From: Escherichia phage REP1
Direction: 5' to 3' (one strand)
Sequence record: OQ174500.1
DNA length: 64,000 bases
Each line of letters opens with the position of its first letter. The stretch's first letter is position 1. Below, one piece after another: positions 1 through 9,532 of the stretch. The notes beneath the pieces were generated by a model, which saw only the letters and a program-made list of their open reading frames with translations, was not told the DNA's origin and did no database searches. The position numbers and the translations under genes were made by a program.

Positions 1-173
1 CAGTTGTAAAAGAGCCTAAAGTAGAAAAGGTTGATAACCTGAGCGAAGAACGTGAATATCTCAATGCTCGTTTGATTGAAGTTGAAGCCCAGATTGCCGA
101 ACACACCAAATTGTTAAAAGCTCTTAATGCAAAAGCAAATGGTTTACGTAATGCTATTGAGGTATTGAAATGA
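1..173 (+). CDS. 3' end of an upstream gene (partial, start beyond window); coiled-coil-like C-terminus
   Basis: Open frame from window edge to TGA at 171-173, overlapping next ATG (ATGA); translation ...[42 protein letters not shown]. Confidence 0.35.
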   Translation, partial: VVKEPKVEKVDNLSEEREYLNARLIEVEAQIAEHTKLLKALNAKANGLRNAIEVLK

Positions 174-559
174 AAAAGCGTTTATTAGAAGACATTGCAG
201 CTTCAAGTAATTCCAGTTTAATTAAAATTATTATGGCTGGTGAGGAAGATGATATGGAAATGCGTGGAAAGATTCACGGCTGCGACGATTTAGATTTTAA
301 ACCTCCAGCATGGGATGCTATTATGGCTATGGTTGAACGCCGCGAAAGGGCTTCTAAAAACGTTCCTAATTGCCCTGAATGCGGTACTGAACAAGTTCAA
401 TTGATTAACTGGCGTAAACCAGAGCTTGAATATAAATGCCGTCAATGTAAACATAAATTCAGTAAGCATGCTCCGGAAATGGTTAAATTGCCTGACTCTA
501 CTGAGTTCTTTAAAGAACTTGTGAGTGTTCAACCAATGCCTAATAATATTTTGGATTAA
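170..559 (+). CDS. hypothetical protein with Cys4 zinc-ribbon (CPECG...CRQC)
   Basis: 129-aa ORF in track; ATG overlapping upstream stop; CxxC..CxxC motif. Confidence 0.55.
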   Translation: MKKRLLEDIAASSNSSLIKIIMAGEEDDMEMRGKIHGCDDLDFKPPAWDAIMAMVERRERASKNVPNCPECGTEQVQLINWRKPELEYKCRQCKHKFSKHAPEMVKLPDSTEFFKELVSVQPMPNNILD

Positions 560-561
560 AA

Positions 562-804
562 ATGACCAAGCGTAAAGAATATATGGAGGCTGCTGAAAAG
601 GCAGTCCGTGAATTAGCAATAGCTTATTATAATGAACACGGTAAATTTCCTGATAGATACAGCGTGCTTAAATCTGCTTTAACTCGTTCATACAAAAATA
701 TGCTATCAGAAGTAAGTGATATTATATACAAACATAAAGAACAAACAGGCCAAAGTCTTGATTACGATGAGACTTTTAAACAAGTACTAGGAATTAAGGA
801 ATAA
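562..804 (+). CDS. hypothetical early protein
   Basis: 80-aa ORF, tightly packed 3 nt after upstream stop. Confidence 0.5.
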   Translation: MTKRKEYMEAAEKAVRELAIAYYNEHGKFPDRYSVLKSALTRSYKNMLSEVSDIIYKHKEQTGQSLDYDETFKQVLGIKE

Positions 805-805
805 T

Positions 806-1069
806 ATGTTTAAAGTATATGGTTATGATAGCAACATCCATAAATGTGTGTATTGTGATAATGCAAAGCGTCTTTTGACCGTGAAGAAACAGCCGTTTGA
901 ATTTATCAACATTATGCCGGAAAAAGGTGTTTTTGATGATGAGAAAATCGCTGAGCTTCTGACTAAACTAGGTCGTGATACTCAAATCGGCTTAACAATG
1001 CCCCAAGTATTTGCTCCTGATGGAAGTCATATTGGTGGATTTGACCAACTGCGAGAATATTTTAAATGA
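806..1069 (+). CDS. nrdC: phage thioredoxin/glutaredoxin NrdC
   Basis: 87 aa; CVYC redox motif; sequence matches my recollection of T4 thioredoxin (MFKVYGYDSNIHKCVYCDNAKRLL...). Confidence 0.85.
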   Translation: MFKVYGYDSNIHKCVYCDNAKRLLTVKKQPFEFINIMPEKGVFDDEKIAELLTKLGRDTQIGLTMPQVFAPDGSHIGGFDQLREYFK

Positions 1070-1281
1070 TGCTCGAAGGAACTGACTATATTCATGATTA
1101 CCGCGGAAGCGCGGTATATGTAGGTGATGAAGTTGCAGTTTATTATGGGTATGGAACTTTGATGACAGCAAAGGTTATTCAAATTAAAAATAATCGTGCT
1201 AAACTTGAAGTTTATTATTCTAACGGTGAAAAGTCTATTTCTAAGTGGAAATACGGCGATTGTATGGTCAAACTGGGGTAA
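1066..1281 (+). CDS. hypothetical protein
   Basis: 71-aa ORF, ATG overlaps nrdC stop. Confidence 0.45.
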   Translation: MMLEGTDYIHDYRGSAVYVGDEVAVYYGYGTLMTAKVIQIKNNRAKLEVYYSNGEKSISKWKYGDCMVKLG

Positions 1282-1283
1282 AT

Positions 1284-1454
1284 ATGATTTACGATATTAA
1301 TGTAGCAAGAGCTCCGTCAATGGTTACTATTCCTGCTGAAGAACTAGATCGTCTTCATAAAATTGAAGAACTTCTTTGGGAAATTGAATCTGATTTGCCA
1401 TCAGGATTAGAATCCTGGATTGATTATGAAGAACTTAATAAATTGCGAAATTAA
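1284..1454 (+). CDS. hypothetical small protein
   Basis: In-frame ATG (M14 of track ORF 1245..1454) just after upstream stop; 56 aa. Confidence 0.4.
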   Translation: MIYDINVARAPSMVTIPAEELDRLHKIEELLWEIESDLPSGLESWIDYEELNKLRN

Positions 1455-1464
1455 TTGGTGAAAA

Positions 1465-1785
1465 ATGACTATTGAAAATAAATTAGATGTTGATGCAGTT
1501 CTGAGCGAAATTATTGAAGACCATGATGCATTTTCGGAAAACTATGATTTCGATTTTTCCGATTATCTTAAACCTGTCGAAATAGAAGACTGGGTGCAAG
1601 ATGGTAAATGTCAATATCGTCAGTGTGTTTACTTTAGTCCAAAACATAATGTACATGTAGCGGTAAATGAATCTCGGTCAGGTTCTTATCATTCTGATTG
1701 GTATTATGCAGTTCCTACCGTTGAACTGGTTGAGCTTCGAGAACGTGTAGTAACTCAGACAGTAAGAGAATGGATTACGCTATAA
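1465..1785 (+). CDS. hypothetical protein
   Basis: 106-aa ORF with ATG start. Confidence 0.5.
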   Translation: MTIENKLDVDAVLSEIIEDHDAFSENYDFDFSDYLKPVEIEDWVQDGKCQYRQCVYFSPKHNVHVAVNESRSGSYHSDWYYAVPTVELVELRERVVTQTVREWITL

Positions 1786-1908
1786 AACCTTGGTGGGCGG
1801 CTAGATGGGAAACTGTAGAGCCAGAGCCGGAAGAACCGGTTTACACTGATGAAGAAACGGTGTATAATGAACCAACGATAAATGACTTAATTGATATGGA
1901 GATGGGAC

Positions 1909-2394
1909 ATGATTACAGTAGATAAGTGGTTTAGAATTAATCGTGCTGATACAGGGCTGTGTAATTACTGGCCGGAACTTAGTGCAGGTACTGTCTTTAA
2001 AGTTCGTGAACTTGCAAAAGAATGTGAAGATGATATAGAACCTGATACTGGAATTATTGAAATTGAACTTTCTGATGGAAAGATTATTAACATCTACGAT
2101 AAGCCAATTACGTATTGGTGTTTGTGGAATACTGAATCAGTCGAAAATGGCGAAATTGAAGAAGTTGTAGAGCGAACTAATCAAGTTGTTCAGAAGCCTA
2201 AAGCCGATTTTCAAGGTGAACGTATTTCATACGCATTAGCTAAATTAGCTGCACAAGAAAATAACGATGGCTATGAAGGTAACCTGATGCAAGCTGCCGC
2301 AGAATACATTGAATGGCTTGAAACTCAAATTTCTTTTTCTGACCGAATGATTCAGCAATATAAGCGATTGCATCAAATGTTTTACAATACTTGA
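1909..2394 (+). CDS. pin: Pin-like protein (inhibitor of host Lon protease), by position and length
   Basis: 161 aa from first ATG of track ORF 1891..2394; lies immediately upstream of gene 49 as pin does in T4. Confidence 0.55.
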   Translation: MITVDKWFRINRADTGLCNYWPELSAGTVFKVRELAKECEDDIEPDTGIIEIELSDGKIINIYDKPITYWCLWNTESVENGEIEEVVERTNQVVQKPKADFQGERISYALAKLAAQENNDGYEGNLMQAAAEYIEWLETQISFSDRMIQQYKRLHQMFYNT

Positions 2395-2405
2395 AAATAA
2401 TAAAT

Positions 2406-2435
2406 ACCCTTATCTATTTAAGGTAAGGGTTTATT
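2406..2435 (+). terminator. hairpin (ACCCTTA...TAAGGGT) followed by T-rich tract
   Basis: Perfect 7-bp inverted repeat with 11-nt loop, then TTATT; between pin and gene 49. Confidence 0.4.
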
Positions 2436-2909
2436 ATGTTATTGACTGGCAAATTATATAAAGAAGAAAAACAGAAATTTTATGATGCACAAAACGGTAA
2501 ATGCTTAATTTGCCAACGAGAACTAAATCCTGATGTTCAAGCTAATCATCTTGACCATGACCATGAATTAAATGGACCAAAAGCAGGAAAGGTACGTGGA
2601 TTGCTTTGTAATCTCTGTAATGCCGCAGAAGGTCAAATGAAGCATAAATTTAATCGTTCTGGCTTAAAGGGACAAGGTGTTGATTATCTTGAATGGTTAG
2701 AAAATTTACTTACTTATTTAAAATCCGATTACACCCAAAATAATATTCACCCTAACTTTGTTGGAGATAAATCAAAGGAATTTTCTCGTTTAGGAAAAGA
2801 GGAAATGATGGCCGAGATGCTTCAAAGAGGATTTGAATATAATGAATCTGACACCAAAACACAATTAATAGCTTCATTTAAGAAGCAGCTTAGAAAGAGT
2901 TTAAAATGA
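2436..2909 (+). CDS. 49: endonuclease VII (Holliday-junction resolvase)
   Basis: 157 aa; CLICQ...CNLCN zinc site; matches T4 gp49 sequence and length. Confidence 0.9.
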   Translation: MLLTGKLYKEEKQKFYDAQNGKCLICQRELNPDVQANHLDHDHELNGPKAGKVRGLLCNLCNAAEGQMKHKFNRSGLKGQGVDYLEWLENLLTYLKSDYTQNNIHPNFVGDKSKEFSRLGKEEMMAEMLQRGFEYNESDTKTQLIASFKKQLRKSLK

Positions 2910-4723
2910 CAATTGAAAAAGAAATTGAAGGATTGATTCATAAAACTAATAAAGACCTTTTAAACGAGAATGCTAATAAAGATTCTCGTGTTTTTCCAAC
3001 TCAACGGGACCTTATGGCTGGTATTGTGTCTAAACACATTGCCAAAAATATGGTCCCGTCTTTTATTATGAAAGCGCATGAAAGCGGAATTATTCATTTC
3101 CATGATATTGATTATTCCCCTGCTCTTCCATTTACTAATTGCTGTTTAGTAGATTTAAAAGGAATGCTTGAGAATGGATTTAAATTAGGCAATGCTCAAA
3201 TTGAAACGCCTAAATCGATTGGTGTTGCTACTGCAATTATGGCACAAATTACTGCACAAGTTGCTTCCCATCAATACGGCGGAACGACTTTTGCTAATGT
3301 AGATAAAGTACTTTCTCCTTATGTTAAACGCACCTATGCAAAACATATTGAGGATGCAGAAAAATGGCAAATCGCTGATGCGTTGAATTATGCTCAATCC
3401 AAAACAGAAAAAGATGTATACGATGCATTCCAAGCTTATGAATATGAAGTAAATACTCTCTTTAGTTCAAACGGACAAACGCCTTTTGTAACAATTACAT
3501 TTGGTACGGGAACTGACTGGACTGAACGAATGATTCAGAAAGCAATTCTGAAAAATCGTATTAAAGGTCTTGGTCGTGATGGAATAACTCCTATTTTCCC
3601 TAAGCTTGTTATGTTTGTTGAAGAAGGTGTTAATCTTTATAAAGACGATCCGAACTATGATATTAAACAGCTTGCTCTAGAGTGCGCAAGCAAAAGAATG
3701 TATCCTGATATTATTTCAGCTAAGAACAATAAAGCTATCACCGGCTCATCTATTCCTGTTTCTCCAATGGGTTGTCGTAGTTTCTTGAGTGTGTGGAAAG
3801 ATTCGACTGGCAATGAAATTCTTGATGGACGTAATAATCTCGGTGTTGTAACACTGAATCTTCCTCGTATCGCGTTAGATTCTTATATTGGAACACAATT
3901 CAATGAACAGAAATTTGTTGAGCTATTTAATGAACGAATGGATCTGTGTTTTGAAGCATTGATGTGTAGAATTAGTTCCTTAAAAGGAGTTAAAGCGACT
4001 GTTGCTCCTATTCTTTACCAAGAAGGTGCATTCGGGGTTCGTCTTAAACCTGATGACGATATAATTGAGTTATTTAAAAATGGTAGAAGTTCAGTGTCTC
4101 TAGGATACATTGGTATTCACGAATTGAATATTCTTGTCGGTCGTGATATTGGACGAGAAATTTTAACTAAAATGAATGCTCATCTTAAGCAGTGGACTGA
4201 AAGAACCGGATTTGCTTTTAGTTTATATTCGACTCCTGCTGAAAACCTTTGTTATCGCTTCTGTAAACTTGATACAGAAAAATATGGAAGTGTAAAAGAT
4301 GTTACCGATAAAGGCTGGTACACTAACAGTTTCCACGTTTCAGTAGAAGAAAATATTACTCCGTTTGAAAAGATTTCTCGTGAAGCGCCATATCATTTCA
4401 TTGCGACAGGTGGTCACATTTCTTATGTTGAACTTCCTGATATGAAAAATAACTTAAAGGGTCTTGAGGCCGTATGGGATTATGCTGCACAACATTTAGA
4501 TTATTTTGGTGTTAACATGCCAGTAGATAAATGTTTTACATGTGGAAGTACCCATGAAATGACTCCTACTGAAAATGGATTTGTTTGTTCTATTTGTGGA
4601 GAAACTGATCCTAAAAAGATGAACACAATAAGAAGAACATGTGGTTATTTGGGAAATCCGAACGAACGCGGATTTAATCTCGGCAAAAATAAAGAAATCA
4701 TGCATAGGGTTAAGCACCAATGA
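2906..4723 (+). CDS. nrdD: anaerobic ribonucleoside-triphosphate reductase NrdD, uninterrupted
   Basis: 605 aa; C-terminal glycyl-radical motif RTCGYLG and Cys4 zinc ribbon (CFTCGS...CSICGE); continuous ORF. Confidence 0.95.
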   Translation: MTIEKEIEGLIHKTNKDLLNENANKDSRVFPTQRDLMAGIVSKHIAKNMVPSFIMKAHESGIIHFHDIDYSPALPFTNCCLVDLKGMLENGFKLGNAQIETPKSIGVATAIMAQITAQVASHQYGGTTFANVDKVLSPYVKRTYAKHIEDAEKWQIADALNYAQSKTEKDVYDAFQAYEYEVNTLFSSNGQTPFVTITFGTGTDWTERMIQKAILKNRIKGLGRDGITPIFPKLVMFVEEGVNLYKDDPNYDIKQLALECASKRMYPDIISAKNNKAITGSSIPVSPMGCRSFLSVWKDSTGNEILDGRNNLGVVTLNLPRIALDSYIGTQFNEQKFVELFNERMDLCFEALMCRISSLKGVKATVAPILYQEGAFGVRLKPDDDIIELFKNGRSSVSLGYIGIHELNILVGRDIGREILTKMNAHLKQWTERTGFAFSLYSTPAENLCYRFCKLDTEKYGSVKDVTDKGWYTNSFHVSVEENITPFEKISREAPYHFIATGGHISYVELPDMKNNLKGLEAVWDYAAQHLDYFGVNMPVDKCFTCGSTHEMTPTENGFVCSICGETDPKKMNTIRRTCGYLGNPNERGFNLGKNKEIMHRVKHQ

Positions 4724-5190
4724 ATTATGATAGATTTTATCCTTGCGATTTTGTTAATGGTCCTGGCTGCAGGACCGTTCTTTTCGTTACAGGTTGTTTG
4801 CATAAATGCGAAGGGTGTTATAATAAATCAACATGGAATGCTAGAAATGGTGTTCCATTCACTGGTGAAACACTAGAACAATTAATTGAATGTTTGAATA
4901 ATGATTATATAGAAGGATTGACTATAACCGGAGGTGACCCTCTCTATCCTGATAACAGAGACGTGATTCACTCTGTGGTTCAAACTATTAAAAATCTTTA
5001 TCCCAATAAAAGCATTTGGTTGTGGACAGGATATAAGTTTGAAGATATTAAACAACTAGAAATGCTTAAATATGTTGATGTTATTATTGATGGGAAGTAT
5101 GAGAAAAATCTTCCGACTAAAAAGCTGTGGCGAGGATCAGATAATCAGCGACTTTGGTCAAATACCGATGGGGTGTGGAAACATGATTAA
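4720..5190 (+). CDS. nrdG: anaerobic RNR activating enzyme NrdG (radical SAM)
   Basis: 156 aa; CxxxCxxC cluster (CLHKCEGC); ATGA overlap with nrdD stop. Confidence 0.9.
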   Translation: MNYDRFYPCDFVNGPGCRTVLFVTGCLHKCEGCYNKSTWNARNGVPFTGETLEQLIECLNNDYIEGLTITGGDPLYPDNRDVIHSVVQTIKNLYPNKSIWLWTGYKFEDIKQLEMLKYVDVIIDGKYEKNLPTKKLWRGSDNQRLWSNTDGVWKHD

Positions 5191-5305
5191 ATTGAATTAT
5201 ATTATGGACACTATAAATGATATGATTTTTCATTTTGGTCCAGAATTTTATTCGCAATATAGTTTAGTGCTTATCAATGCTTGGTTAATCAATTAAGGGT
5301 AAAAT

Positions 5306-5521
5306 ATGTATAAATTTCGTAAAGGTTTAGCTGATTTTCTTACAACTGTAACGTTCTTTCTGTTTATGGCAGTTGGAGCTATTTTTCTTATTCCTTTTAT
5401 TGTTGTATTTTTCGTGATTAGTTTAATTTCTCCAGAAAAGGGCTTATCTTCTAGTGAGTTCAATGAGCGTCTGGATAAAATTACTAACAAGCTGAATGCG
5501 GTTCTTGATAAAAAGGATTAA
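5306..5521 (+). CDS. hypothetical small membrane protein
   Basis: 71 aa; hydrophobic segment FFLFMAVGAIFLIPFIVVFFVISLI; AAGGG Shine-Dalgarno. Confidence 0.5.
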   Translation: MYKFRKGLADFLTTVTFFLFMAVGAIFLIPFIVVFFVISLISPEKGLSSSEFNERLDKITNKLNAVLDKKD

Positions 5522-5523
5522 TT

Positions 5524-5835
5524 ATGATTAGTTTTGAGCGGTATGTAGTAGAGAGTTGGAATGGTTTTGATATGTTCGGTAATGACTATTATTTCTATGA
5601 ATGTAGTCTGAACCCAAGCTTCTGGGCTGGACGTGAACAAGACCTCGAAGAAATCAACGCTCGTGCCGATTTGTTAGGTGAACTGCCTACGGTTTATTTT
5701 ACCTTTGATGAATCCGGCTTCGTTATCCAGGTTTATTTTCCTGAAGAAAACTCTGGTGAGGATTCTGTTAATCCTCCTTATTGGGCTTACCAAGGAATTA
5801 TTTCTCGTGGAACAAAACTCGAACTTAAAGAATAA
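5524..5835 (+). CDS. hypothetical acidic protein
   Basis: 103-aa ORF with AAGGA RBS. Confidence 0.5.
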   Translation: MISFERYVVESWNGFDMFGNDYYFYECSLNPSFWAGREQDLEEINARADLLGELPTVYFTFDESGFVIQVYFPEENSGEDSVNPPYWAYQGIISRGTKLELKE

Positions 5836-5836
5836 G

Positions 5837-6130
5837 ATTGAAGTCTATGGAATTCCAGATGAAGTAGGTCGTTGTCCTGGATGTCAATCAGTTACAAAAC
5901 TTCTAAAGGAGCTCAATGCTCCTTTTACTTTTTATAAAGTTCTTACTAATAATGGTAAGATTGAGTATGATCGTCAACTGATTGTATCTCTTGCTAAACG
6001 CGCTGGATTCACATCTCTTAACATTCGTTATCCAGTCATTTTCATTAATGATTCCAGACAAAAGAACATTAAACACTTCAAAGAAACTCTCATTTCACTT
6101 GGATATGATAGAGATATCATAGAAGACTAA
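5837..6130 (+). CDS. glutaredoxin/NrdH-like redoxin (CPGC), start codon unresolved (possible ATT)
   Basis: Translation IEVYGIPDEVGRCPGCQSV...YPVIFIND is a glutaredoxin fold; no ATG/GTG/TTG in frame between upstream TAA (5833-5835) and the domain. Confidence 0.55.
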   Translation: MEVYGIPDEVGRCPGCQSVTKLLKELNAPFTFYKVLTNNGKIEYDRQLIVSLAKRAGFTSLNIRYPVIFINDSRQKNIKHFKETLISLGYDRDIIED

Positions 6131-6133
6131 GAT

Positions 6134-6156
6134 GGGCCCTCTGGGCCTTTCTTTCT
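6134..6156 (+). terminator. rho-independent terminator hairpin GGCCC-tct-GGGCC + T tract
   Basis: GC stem then TTTCTTTCTT directly after redoxin ORF. Confidence 0.6.
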
Positions 6157-6211
6157 TACATTCTGTATATTACCATTCTAAGCTATCGTTCCTTTCTTAT
6201 CATTCCCTAAA

Positions 6212-6260
6212 ATATTTTTCACAAAGTTGTTTACAACAAGTTCAAACCGTGGTATTATTA
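6212..6260 (+). promoter_or_regulatory. T4-type early promoter (A/T UP element, -35 GTTTAC, -10 TATTAT)
   Basis: aatatttttcacaaagttGTTTACaacaagttcaaaccgtggTATTAT; matches T4 early promoter consensus. Confidence 0.6.
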
Positions 6261-6288
6261 ACATATGAATTACCTTTGAGGAATTGAT

Positions 6289-6471
6289 ATGATTATGGTT
6301 GATAAAGAAATTAAAAAGGGACAGTATTATCTCATTAATGGTAATGCTGTTCGTGTTACTCATGTAAATAGTTTTGAAGTTTGCTATATTATACTCAAGT
6401 TACATAAACGCATGATTTGCGATCGTGCTGCATTTAGTTCAGTTGCTAAGGAAATTAAACTCCATGGGTAA
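6289..6471 (+). CDS. hypothetical protein
   Basis: 60 aa; GAGGAA RBS 6 nt upstream of ATG; downstream of early promoter. Confidence 0.45.
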   Translation: MIMVDKEIKKGQYYLINGNAVRVTHVNSFEVCYIILKLHKRMICDRAAFSSVAKEIKLHG

Positions 6472-6757
6472 AACGTATCGTCGTAAAGATTTAAAAGTAC
6501 GTGATTATGACTATTTCGGAAAGCGTAAAGCTCCTGATGGTGTAAGTCATAAAGATATGGTTGAAAACATTTTTCGCTCAGATAAATGGCGTAGAATGAA
6601 AGGCATTGATTCAGAAGTTAAAGATGAGCTAAATCGCCAATTACGTGGTGAAGTAAGAAAGTTGAAAAAATCAGTTTACATTGACGATGATTTTGATTAT
6701 AATACTTCTCAACGAGTTGCTAAACGTAAATCAAACGAGTGTTATCGTTACAGCTGA
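6464..6757 (+). CDS. hypothetical basic protein
   Basis: 97 aa from ATG (in frame with track ORF 6425..6757); Lys/Arg rich. Confidence 0.5.
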   Translation: MGKTYRRKDLKVRDYDYFGKRKAPDGVSHKDMVENIFRSDKWRRMKGIDSEVKDELNRQLRGEVRKLKKSVYIDDDFDYNTSQRVAKRKSNECYRYS

Positions 6758-6764
6758 GGAAAAT

Positions 6765-6896
6765 ATGAATATCAAACGAATGCTTTTTAAGCAGGGGTTA
6801 TACACTTTAAATGTTACTCCAAAAGGCGATACAACTAAGTGGTCAGTAAATGACTGGATTAAATTCATTGATGAAAATGGTAATTGGGAAATTTAA
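6765..6896 (+). CDS. hypothetical small protein
   Basis: 43 aa; strong GAGGAAAA RBS before ATG. Confidence 0.4.
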   Translation: MNIKRMLFKQGLYTLNVTPKGDTTKWSVNDWIKFIDENGNWEI

Positions 6897-7097
6897 ATGA
6901 ATCCTGAATCTAAATTATCGCAACGAATTGCCGAAGCTCGTCGTCAGTTCTTTGAAAATATGATAGCACAAGGTATTGATGATGAAGTTTTTCTAAACTG
7001 GTTTTGGAATCACAAATATTCAAGTTGCTCAGGAGCAATATTAATATCAGCCGCAATGATGTACGAAGGCTGGAAGGGTGCCAAAAAGTTTAGCTAA
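6897..7097 (+). CDS. hypothetical protein
   Basis: 66 aa; ATG overlaps upstream stop. Confidence 0.5.
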   Translation: MNPESKLSQRIAEARRQFFENMIAQGIDDEVFLNWFWNHKYSSCSGAILISAAMMYEGWKGAKKFS

Positions 7098-7115
7098 GGG
7101 CTTCGGCCCTTTTTG
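7097..7115 (+). terminator. rho-independent terminator AGGGCTTCGGCCCT + TTTTT
   Basis: UUCG-tetraloop GC hairpin followed by T run. Confidence 0.7.
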
Positions 7116-7149
7116 GATAATAAAATTTTAACGTAATTGAGGATAATGT

Positions 7150-7476
7150 ATGACTATTCAAATTAAAAACGTCATTAATTCTTACGCATATGATAAAGTA
7201 GTTTCTTTGCTAGAAAAAGGCGATATTGTAACTCCTCAAAGTTTGGATAAATGGGAAAAAGAGCTTCATCAAACGATGAAACAGAATGATCAGAAGATTG
7301 GACGCAATACTGTCCGTGAATTGTTGGTTCAATATATCTTGTCAGAATTTGATGTTAAAGCTTTTGGTGTAGAATCTAAAGCTTATCAAAAGCATGAAAT
7401 TTCCGATAAAACTATTCGTCGCATGAAAAATCAACGCAAGAAAAAATTTGCAGACCTGAAAATTACTAAGGTATAA
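7150..7476 (+). CDS. hypothetical protein
   Basis: 108-aa ORF. Confidence 0.5.
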   Translation: MTIQIKNVINSYAYDKVVSLLEKGDIVTPQSLDKWEKELHQTMKQNDQKIGRNTVRELLVQYILSEFDVKAFGVESKAYQKHEISDKTIRRMKNQRKKKFADLKITKV

Positions 7477-7478
7477 TT

Positions 7479-7694
7479 ATGAACGAAGCTCTTATTAACG
7501 ATTTGCGTCTTGCTGGATATGAAGTAAATACAAATGGCATTGGTTTAACTCAAATTGAAGGAAACGGATTCATCCTTGAGTATGAATTTAGCCAATGGTG
7601 GTTATATGCCAATTATGGCGAATTGATTGAATACGTTGACCAATTTGATTCACTAGATGCAGCTCTTGAAGCGGCTAAGTTGATGAATGTATGA
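7479..7694 (+). CDS. hypothetical protein
   Basis: 71-aa ORF. Confidence 0.5.
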   Translation: MNEALINDLRLAGYEVNTNGIGLTQIEGNGFILEYEFSQWWLYANYGELIEYVDQFDSLDAALEAAKLMNV

Positions 7695-7960
7695 AATTTA
7701 TTAATATTTCTATTACTATTGAAAATTATGGCATTTTCTATGTTGACCAATACATGAAAATTTCATTTTTCCCAAATAAGACTGGTGTTGGATATTGGGA
7801 AAGCCATGTTTCTGAATTAAATGAAAGTGAATATGTTAGTACACATGAAAAGTTTTTAGACTTTTTATATCATGCTGATCTAACTAGTCATTATATAGAT
7901 ATTCATGAATTTAAAAAGATGATGGAAAAAGTATTCCAAGCATACTGTTTACTTAGATAA
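7691..7960 (+). CDS. hypothetical protein
   Basis: 89-aa ORF; ATGA overlap. Confidence 0.5.
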   Translation: MKFINISITIENYGIFYVDQYMKISFFPNKTGVGYWESHVSELNESEYVSTHEKFLDFLYHADLTSHYIDIHEFKKMMEKVFQAYCLLR

Positions 7961-8038
7961 CTGATATCCTCTATGCTTTAAGATAGATCTTCAAATATTA
8001 TGATATAATAGATCTATGAATTGAGCTAAGAGGTGAAA

Positions 8039-8596
8039 ATGTCAGAAACTAAGCCTAAATATAATTACGTAAACAATAAAGAGCTTTTACAAGCTATTAT
8101 TGATTGGAAAACAGAATTAGCAAATAATAAAGACCCAAATAAAGTAGTTCGTCAGAATGATACTATCGGATTAGCCATTATGCTTATTGCAGAAGGCTTA
8201 TCTAAGCGTTTCAACTTTTCAGGATACACCCAGTCTTGGAAACAAGAAATGATTGCAGATGGTATAGAAGCTTCTATTAAGGGGCTTCACAATTTTGATG
8301 AAACGAAATATAAAAACCCACATGCATATATAACTCAAGCTTGTTTTAATGCATTCGTCCAGCGTATTAAAAAAGAACGTAAGGAAGTTGCAAAGAAATA
8401 TAGTTACTTCGTTCACAATGTCTATGACAGCCGTGACGACGATATGGTTGCGTTAGTAGATGAAACTTTTATTCAAGACATCTATGATAAAATGACGCAT
8501 TACGAAGAATCAACCTATAGAACACCGGGGGCTGAAAAGAAAAGTGTTGTAGACGATTCTCCTAGTTTGGATTTTTTATATGAGGCTAACGATTAA
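8039..8596 (+). CDS. 55: late-transcription sigma factor gp55
   Basis: 185 aa from ATG (track ORF begins at upstream GTG); [24 protein letters not shown]... matches T4 gp55. Confidence 0.9.
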
Positions 8597-8798
8597 CCTC
8601 TCCGGATTCTTGGAAGAAATACCTGAAGTTGAAGCTATTCCCTATTTACTTAAAATGTATCTCAGGGAAGTTTTAGCTCTTGACATTGATATTGATCCAG
8701 AAAATCCGTATGATACCGCTTTTAAATCTAATGGTGTAGAATTAAACTATCGGTATCATTTAACAGATGATGATTTTTATTTTATATTAGAGAAATAA
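8580..8798 (+). CDS. hypothetical protein
   Basis: 72-aa ORF overlapping gp55 3' end. Confidence 0.45.
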
Positions 8799-8799
8799 T

Positions 8800-9117
8800 A
8801 TGACTGATAAACCCGAAATTAATGATGAAGTGGAAAAGCTTATTTCTTCTATTGAAGAAAAGAACCGTCTTGAAGCAGAAAGAAAAGCAAATAAGTTATT
8901 GTCTAAAAACAAACGCGAACTGAACCGTCTTTATAAACACGCTCAGATTGCAGCTGAAAACAATAATTTTGCTCAATACGAATATGCTATCAAGAAAAGT
9001 CGGGATATTCTAAAACAGCCATATAACGATGAACTTATTAGTATTCTTTGGAAGACTACTAGATCGCAGATTGAGGATATGATTGATGCTTACACACGTA
9101 AAATTCAAGCGTCTTAA
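8800..9117 (+). CDS. hypothetical protein (coiled-coil-like)
   Basis: 105-aa ORF. Confidence 0.5.
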   Translation: MTDKPEINDEVEKLISSIEEKNRLEAERKANKLLSKNKRELNRLYKHAQIAAENNNFAQYEYAIKKSRDILKQPYNDELISILWKTTRSQIEDMIDAYTRKIQAS

Positions 9118-9289
9118 AATTAATGCAGGATTTACTGAATCTTTGAATGGTCATCTTTGTGTGAAAATTTCTGAAAAAGAATACCATGATAGTTCAATTA
9201 AAGAAGTTAATCCTCCTATTGTAAGAGCAGACCCTAATATGAAAGTGTGGGTTGATTCTTATCAAGTCAAAAAATGGTGGCAACTGTGA
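9086..9289 (+). CDS. hypothetical protein
   Basis: 67 aa from ATG within track ORF 9083..9289. Confidence 0.45.
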   Translation: MLTHVKFKRLKINAGFTESLNGHLCVKISEKEYHDSSIKEVNPPIVRADPNMKVWVDSYQVKKWWQL

Positions 9290-9464
9290 AAGATGAACGC
9301 CCAGACTTGTGAAATAGATTATAATAAAATTCGTTCCTCTAAAGTAGAAATGATGAGACGCTTTAAAGAGTCTCATGATAAAGCTAAAGCAGAAGGAACT
9401 ATAACATATAAGCGTATAAAATTTAGAAGCTCTAATGAGCCTCTGTATGGTGTATTATGCGGAT

Positions 9465-9485
9465 AGGAGCTTCGGCTCCTATATT
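9465..9485 (+). terminator. hairpin AGGAGCTTCGGCTCCT, probable terminator
   Basis: UUCG-loop hairpin; weak T tract. Confidence 0.5.
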
Positions 9486-9532
9486 GCTTTATAAATTTTT
9501 GGTAAAATAAACCAAAACAATGAGGATATTAA

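Noticed and set aside
290-619. 109-aa ORF on the - strand, with many similar antisense ORFs in the track (e.g. 3185..3433, 13239..13622, 15618..16034, 19409..19696, 41819..42229, 55358..55639)
   Set aside because: They lie entirely within or across well-supported genes on the opposite strand, lack RBS and have low-complexity AT-rich translations; treated as spurious
1788-1923. 45-codon open frame without a start codon between ORF 1465..1785 and pin
   Set aside because: No initiator codon or RBS; could be a frameshifted remnant but the evidence is too weak to call a gene or pseudogene
5678-5836. GTG-initiated N-terminal extension of the glutaredoxin-like ORF in the track (alternative ATG at 5708)
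   Set aside because: It overlaps the well-formed upstream ORF in another frame, has no RBS, and the hydrophobic translation is not glutaredoxin-like; the unusual start is reported as a finding instead
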